Positions 60,994-64,000 of a stretch of DNA of 64,000 nt are shown one piece after another (positions within the stretch are counted from its first letter, which is position 1; each line of letters begins with the position of its first letter). The DNA lies in NCBI GenBank assembly GCA_002773855.1, contig PEZY01000005.1, positions 218,221 to 282,220 of the forward strand. Reading direction: 5' to 3'. This DNA is from Candidatus Buchananbacteria bacterium CG10_big_fil_rev_8_21_14_0_10_33_19. GTDB taxonomy: Bacteria > Patescibacteriota > Patescibacteriia > 2-01-FULL-39-33. The notes below the pieces were generated by a model. The model was not told where the DNA came from. It did no database searches and worked only from the letters and a program-made list of their open reading frames with translations. Made by a program: the position numbers and the translations under genes.

Positions 60994-61872
60994 TTAACAA
61001 AACAATATTAAATTATTTTGTTTACAAAAACGAATAATTACTTGCTTGGCTTCTTCTGGATCAACTGGTGTTTGACCATTTATATACTCTTCCTCCAAGC
61101 ATAAATCACCAACCATTTCCAAGGCCTGATACTTACCTCGAGCCCAGTAAGCATAAGCATCACGGGTGTCGCCATAGATAAAATCAGTGGATTGCAGTGC
61201 AAATAAACTCAAAAACCAAGTCAATTCATCTTTATTCTTAGTTTTATTAGCAAAATTAAATCTAACTTCATCGGAAATCGTTGGATCAAAAATTGGCATA
61301 CCTGGCAATAATCTCTTGCCGGTCTGATAATATCTTTTAATTTCATCACTGGGTGATATAGACGTTTTATCAGCTAGCCTGAATATTTCAGAAATTGGGA
61401 ATATGACTGGCGATGGCATACACCTTCCGTCTACTAGCTCACAAAAATAATCATGGTACAAAATAGCATAATACAGTGGATATTCCAAACAAGTGCCACC
61501 AACAATTTTTCTAGTCAAATCGGCGCCAACCTCTTCATGATCTTCAAAGCTAGCGCCTAAAAATCGACCCATATCATGAAAGACAGAAGCCAGCATTAAA
61601 ACTTTTCTAGCTTGATTATCAGTATTAGTATCGACTGGCATTTGCATTTTAGCCACTGGCCACAAACTAGGCGACTGAGTAATAATAGTTTGACACCTTT
61701 GCCAAACAGCCTGAGAATGACTAAAACCATGATCATTATTATTAAAATAAGATTCAGCGATGACTTTAGCTTTCTTTACCTTAGCTTTCAGTAAAAAAGA
61801 TGTTAAAATTTTAGAATTAAACTGATCAACATTTTCTAAATTAGCTATAAACCTTTCAATGAGTACGCTCAT
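60994..61872 (-). CDS. HD-domain protein
   Basis: HGFSHS, FHDMGR, HEEVGA, YHD, ADK. Confidence 0.8.
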   Translation of the reverse strand: MSVLIERFIANLENVDQFNSKILTSFLLKAKVKKAKVIAESYFNNNDHGFSHSQAVWQRCQTIITQSPSLWPVAKMQMPVDTNTDNQARKVLMLASVFHDMGRFLGASFEDHEEVGADLTRKIVGGTCLEYPLYYAILYHDYFCELVDGRCMPSPVIFPISEIFRLADKTSISPSDEIKRYYQTGKRLLPGMPIFDPTISDEVRFNFANKTKNKDELTWFLSLFALQSTDFIYGDTRDAYAYWARGKYQALEMVGDLCLEEEYINGQTPVDPEEAKQVIIRFCKQNNLILFC

Positions 61873-62022
61873 TTCTAAGCTCCTTTTAGGTGGTTGGGAT
61901 TCTTAATTACTTTTAAAGAACAACTAACAAGCTATTTTTAACATATTAAAAATATATAGTCAATAAAACTCGTCACTAGTGACTAATGACGAGTTTTATT
62001 TTTGAATAGATTAGCTAAATAA

Positions 62023-63315
62023 TTATTTAACAATAATCTCCTTCTTTAGAAATTCTATCACTTTTCTATTGCCAATAGTATTCTTTAAATAATCTTTATA
62101 AGTTTCGGTTTCTAATTGTTTTCGGACATCTTCATTATTAGGGTAATTTTGCATCACAACTTCAATTTCGGCTTCAATTTCATCATCTCGAACCTCAAAC
62201 TTTTCTTGAACATAGATCTCTCTAGCTAAAATAGAAATCTTTACTCTTTTTTCAGCCTGTGGTCTAAATTCTGTTTTTAAATCTTCTTCGGTTTTATTTA
62301 AACTTTTTAAATAATCAGCAAAATTAAAACCTTGATTCGAAATACTGTGTTCTAACTCATGAACCATTTTATGAACTTCGTTATCAATTAATAAATCTGG
62401 AATGGCTTCAAACTCAGAAATATCTACTAATTTATCTAACATTTCAATTTCGACTTTTTGTTCTTGTTTACCACCTTCCTCAGCTTTTAAATTTTCTAAA
62501 ACATTTTTCTTAACTTCAGCCACAGTTTTAAATTTATCAGCTGATACAGAACTAGCAAAAGCATCATTTAATTCTGGCAATTCTATTTCAAAAACACTGT
62601 TACATTTCACTTTAAACTCAGCAGTTTTACCAGCCATTTTTTTATCAAAATACTTTTCAGGAAACTTTAGTTCAAATTCTTTTTCTGCACCAGCTTTCAT
62701 ACCGATAATTTTTTCTTCAAAACCAGGGATAAATTTATTTTCACCAATGACTACTGGATATTTATCTTGTTTACCTTTTTCTATTGGCACTTTGTCTAAG
62801 AATACCTCAAAATTAACTTCCACTTTATCACCGGTTTTAGCTTCACGTTCCACTAATTTTTCAGTGGCCTGCATTTTTCTAATATCTTCTATAATTTTAT
62901 CAACCTGCTCATTAGTAATTTTAACCTCTTCTGATTTTACTTTTAATTTCTTCCAATCACCGATTTTGACATTAGGCAAAACCGAAGCTGTAGCCCTATA
63001 AACAAAATCATTATCTGGTGCTACTTTTTCAACATCAATACTAGGCTGACCAATAGTAACTATTTTTTCAGTTTTTAAAACTTCATAATAAGTGGCTGAA
63101 ATTACGTCATCAATAGATTCCTGTAACAATCCCATGTCACCCACTTTTTGTTTGATAATTTCATAAGGAGCTTTGCCAGGCCTAAAGCCTTCTATTTTCA
63201 TTTCTTTAGCCAGTCTCTCTGCTGTTCTTTGCAAATATGGTTGCATTTCTAAAGTTGAAACTTCAATAGTTATCTCCACTTGTGATTTATCTAATTTTTT
63301 TACTGTTGATTTCAT
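62023..63315 (-). CDS. tig: Trigger factor
   Basis: GFRPGKAP ribosome-binding motif, FIPGFEE FKBP domain. Confidence 0.97.
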   Translation of the reverse strand: MKSTVKKLDKSQVEITIEVSTLEMQPYLQRTAERLAKEMKIEGFRPGKAPYEIIKQKVGDMGLLQESIDDVISATYYEVLKTEKIVTIGQPSIDVEKVAPDNDFVYRATASVLPNVKIGDWKKLKVKSEEVKITNEQVDKIIEDIRKMQATEKLVEREAKTGDKVEVNFEVFLDKVPIEKGKQDKYPVVIGENKFIPGFEEKIIGMKAGAEKEFELKFPEKYFDKKMAGKTAEFKVKCNSVFEIELPELNDAFASSVSADKFKTVAEVKKNVLENLKAEEGGKQEQKVEIEMLDKLVDISEFEAIPDLLIDNEVHKMVHELEHSISNQGFNFADYLKSLNKTEEDLKTEFRPQAEKRVKISILAREIYVQEKFEVRDDEIEAEIEVVMQNYPNNEDVRKQLETETYKDYLKNTIGNRKVIEFLKKEIIVK

Positions 63316-63403
63316 AATATTATTTGATTATATAAATTAACAAGACTCAAATTATATTAACAAAAAATTCAAGTTTGGTCAATTATATATAAAAAAATCA
63401 CAA

Positions 63404-63432
63404 AAAAACTGCCAACTTAGTTGGCAGTTTTT
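63404..63432. terminator. Terminator after hppA
   Basis: aaaaactgccaac-tta-gttggcagttttt. Confidence 0.85.
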
Positions 63433-63439
63433 AAAAAGC

Positions 63440-64000
63440 TTATTTAATCAAAAGTGGCACAATAATAATCGAAATAATAGCCATTAACTTAATTAAAATA
63501 TTAAGAGCTGGACCAGAAGTATCTTTAAGCGGATCACCCACAGTATCACCTGTTACTGCCGCTTTATGTGAACTAGAGCCCTTACCGCCCATATTACCGG
63601 CTTCTATGTACTTCTTGGCATTATCCCAAGCCCCGCCAGAATTAGCCATAAACACTGCTAGCAAAAATCCAGTGACAATTGAACCAGCTAATAAACCAGC
63701 CAAACTTTCTGCCCCAAACCACAAACCTACGATCACCGGTACAAAAATAGCCAGCACCCCCGGCAAAATCATTTGTCTAAGAGCGGCTGTAGTAGAAATC
63801 TCGATACACTTTTTATAATCTGGCTCAGCTTGACCTGACATTAAACCTTCAATTTCTCTAAACTGTCTTCTAACCTCTTCTACCATTTTAGAAGCGGCTC
63901 GACCAACTGATTCCATAGTTAAAGCGGAAAAAATAAATGGTAACAAACCTCCAATAAACAAACCAATGATCACGGCTGGATCCATTAAATTAACTACATT
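63440..64000 (-). CDS. hppA: Membrane-bound H+/Na+-translocating pyrophosphatase, C-terminal part (5' end outside window)
   Basis: [35 protein letters not shown]. Confidence 0.95.
   Translation of the reverse strand, partial: NVVNLMDPAVIIGLFIGGLLPFIFSALTMESVGRAASKMVEEVRRQFREIEGLMSGQAEPDYKKCIEISTTAALRQMILPGVLAIFVPVIVGLWFGAESLAGLLAGSIVTGFLLAVFMANSGGAWDNAKKYIEAGNMGGKGSSSHKAAVTGDTVGDPLKDTSGPALNILIKLMAIISIIIVPLLIK

Noticed and set aside
62402-63001. 199-aa antisense ORF, and similar shadow ORFs in rpoB/C, ileS, rpsA, ftsH, pilB and tsaD
   Set aside because: S/F/L-rich mirror frames of well-supported genes; no independent evidence
1-64000. Alternative genetic code 25 (Gracilibacteria/Absconditabacteria)
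   Set aside because: Core genes are full length under code 11 and TGA terminates genes (e.g. 1016-1018, 19504-19506)

Overview
AT-rich bacterial chromosome segment using the standard code (TGA is used as stop). Gene content and style suggest a Patescibacteria/CPR (Parcubacteria/ABY1-like) genome, which is an inference: IleRS carries a histidine-phosphatase insert, rpoBC is detached from the ribosomal-protein operon, and PilB, VanW, membrane PPase and WxL/DUF916-like surface genes are present. The core consists of rpoB/rpoC, murE, ruvA, ileS, argS, thrS, hisS, rpsA, ftsH, tsaE/tsaD, nfo, tig, hppA, tRNA-His and tRNA-Glu. It is interspersed with solo accessory genes that share a promoter + boxA-like + strong-SD leader. 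Highlights: (1) an unannotated ~400-nt structured RNA at 58.2-58.6 kb with its own promoter and terminator and two copies of a stem/10-nt-bulge motif; (2) a fatty-acid-themed island at 25-32.6 kb with two 7TM histidine kinases, a FabZ-like hotdog protein, a methyltransferase, a 3-hydroxyacyl-CoA dehydrogenase, a small RNA and a FadL-type outer-membrane barrel; (3) a His-codon attenuator in front of a LOG/SLOG gene; (4) two T-boxes with ultrashort Stem I; (5) a tRNA-His without encoded G-1 directly behind hisS. No integrase, transposase, reverse transcriptase or CRISPR array was seen. All family assignments come from motif recognition by eye, not from database searches.
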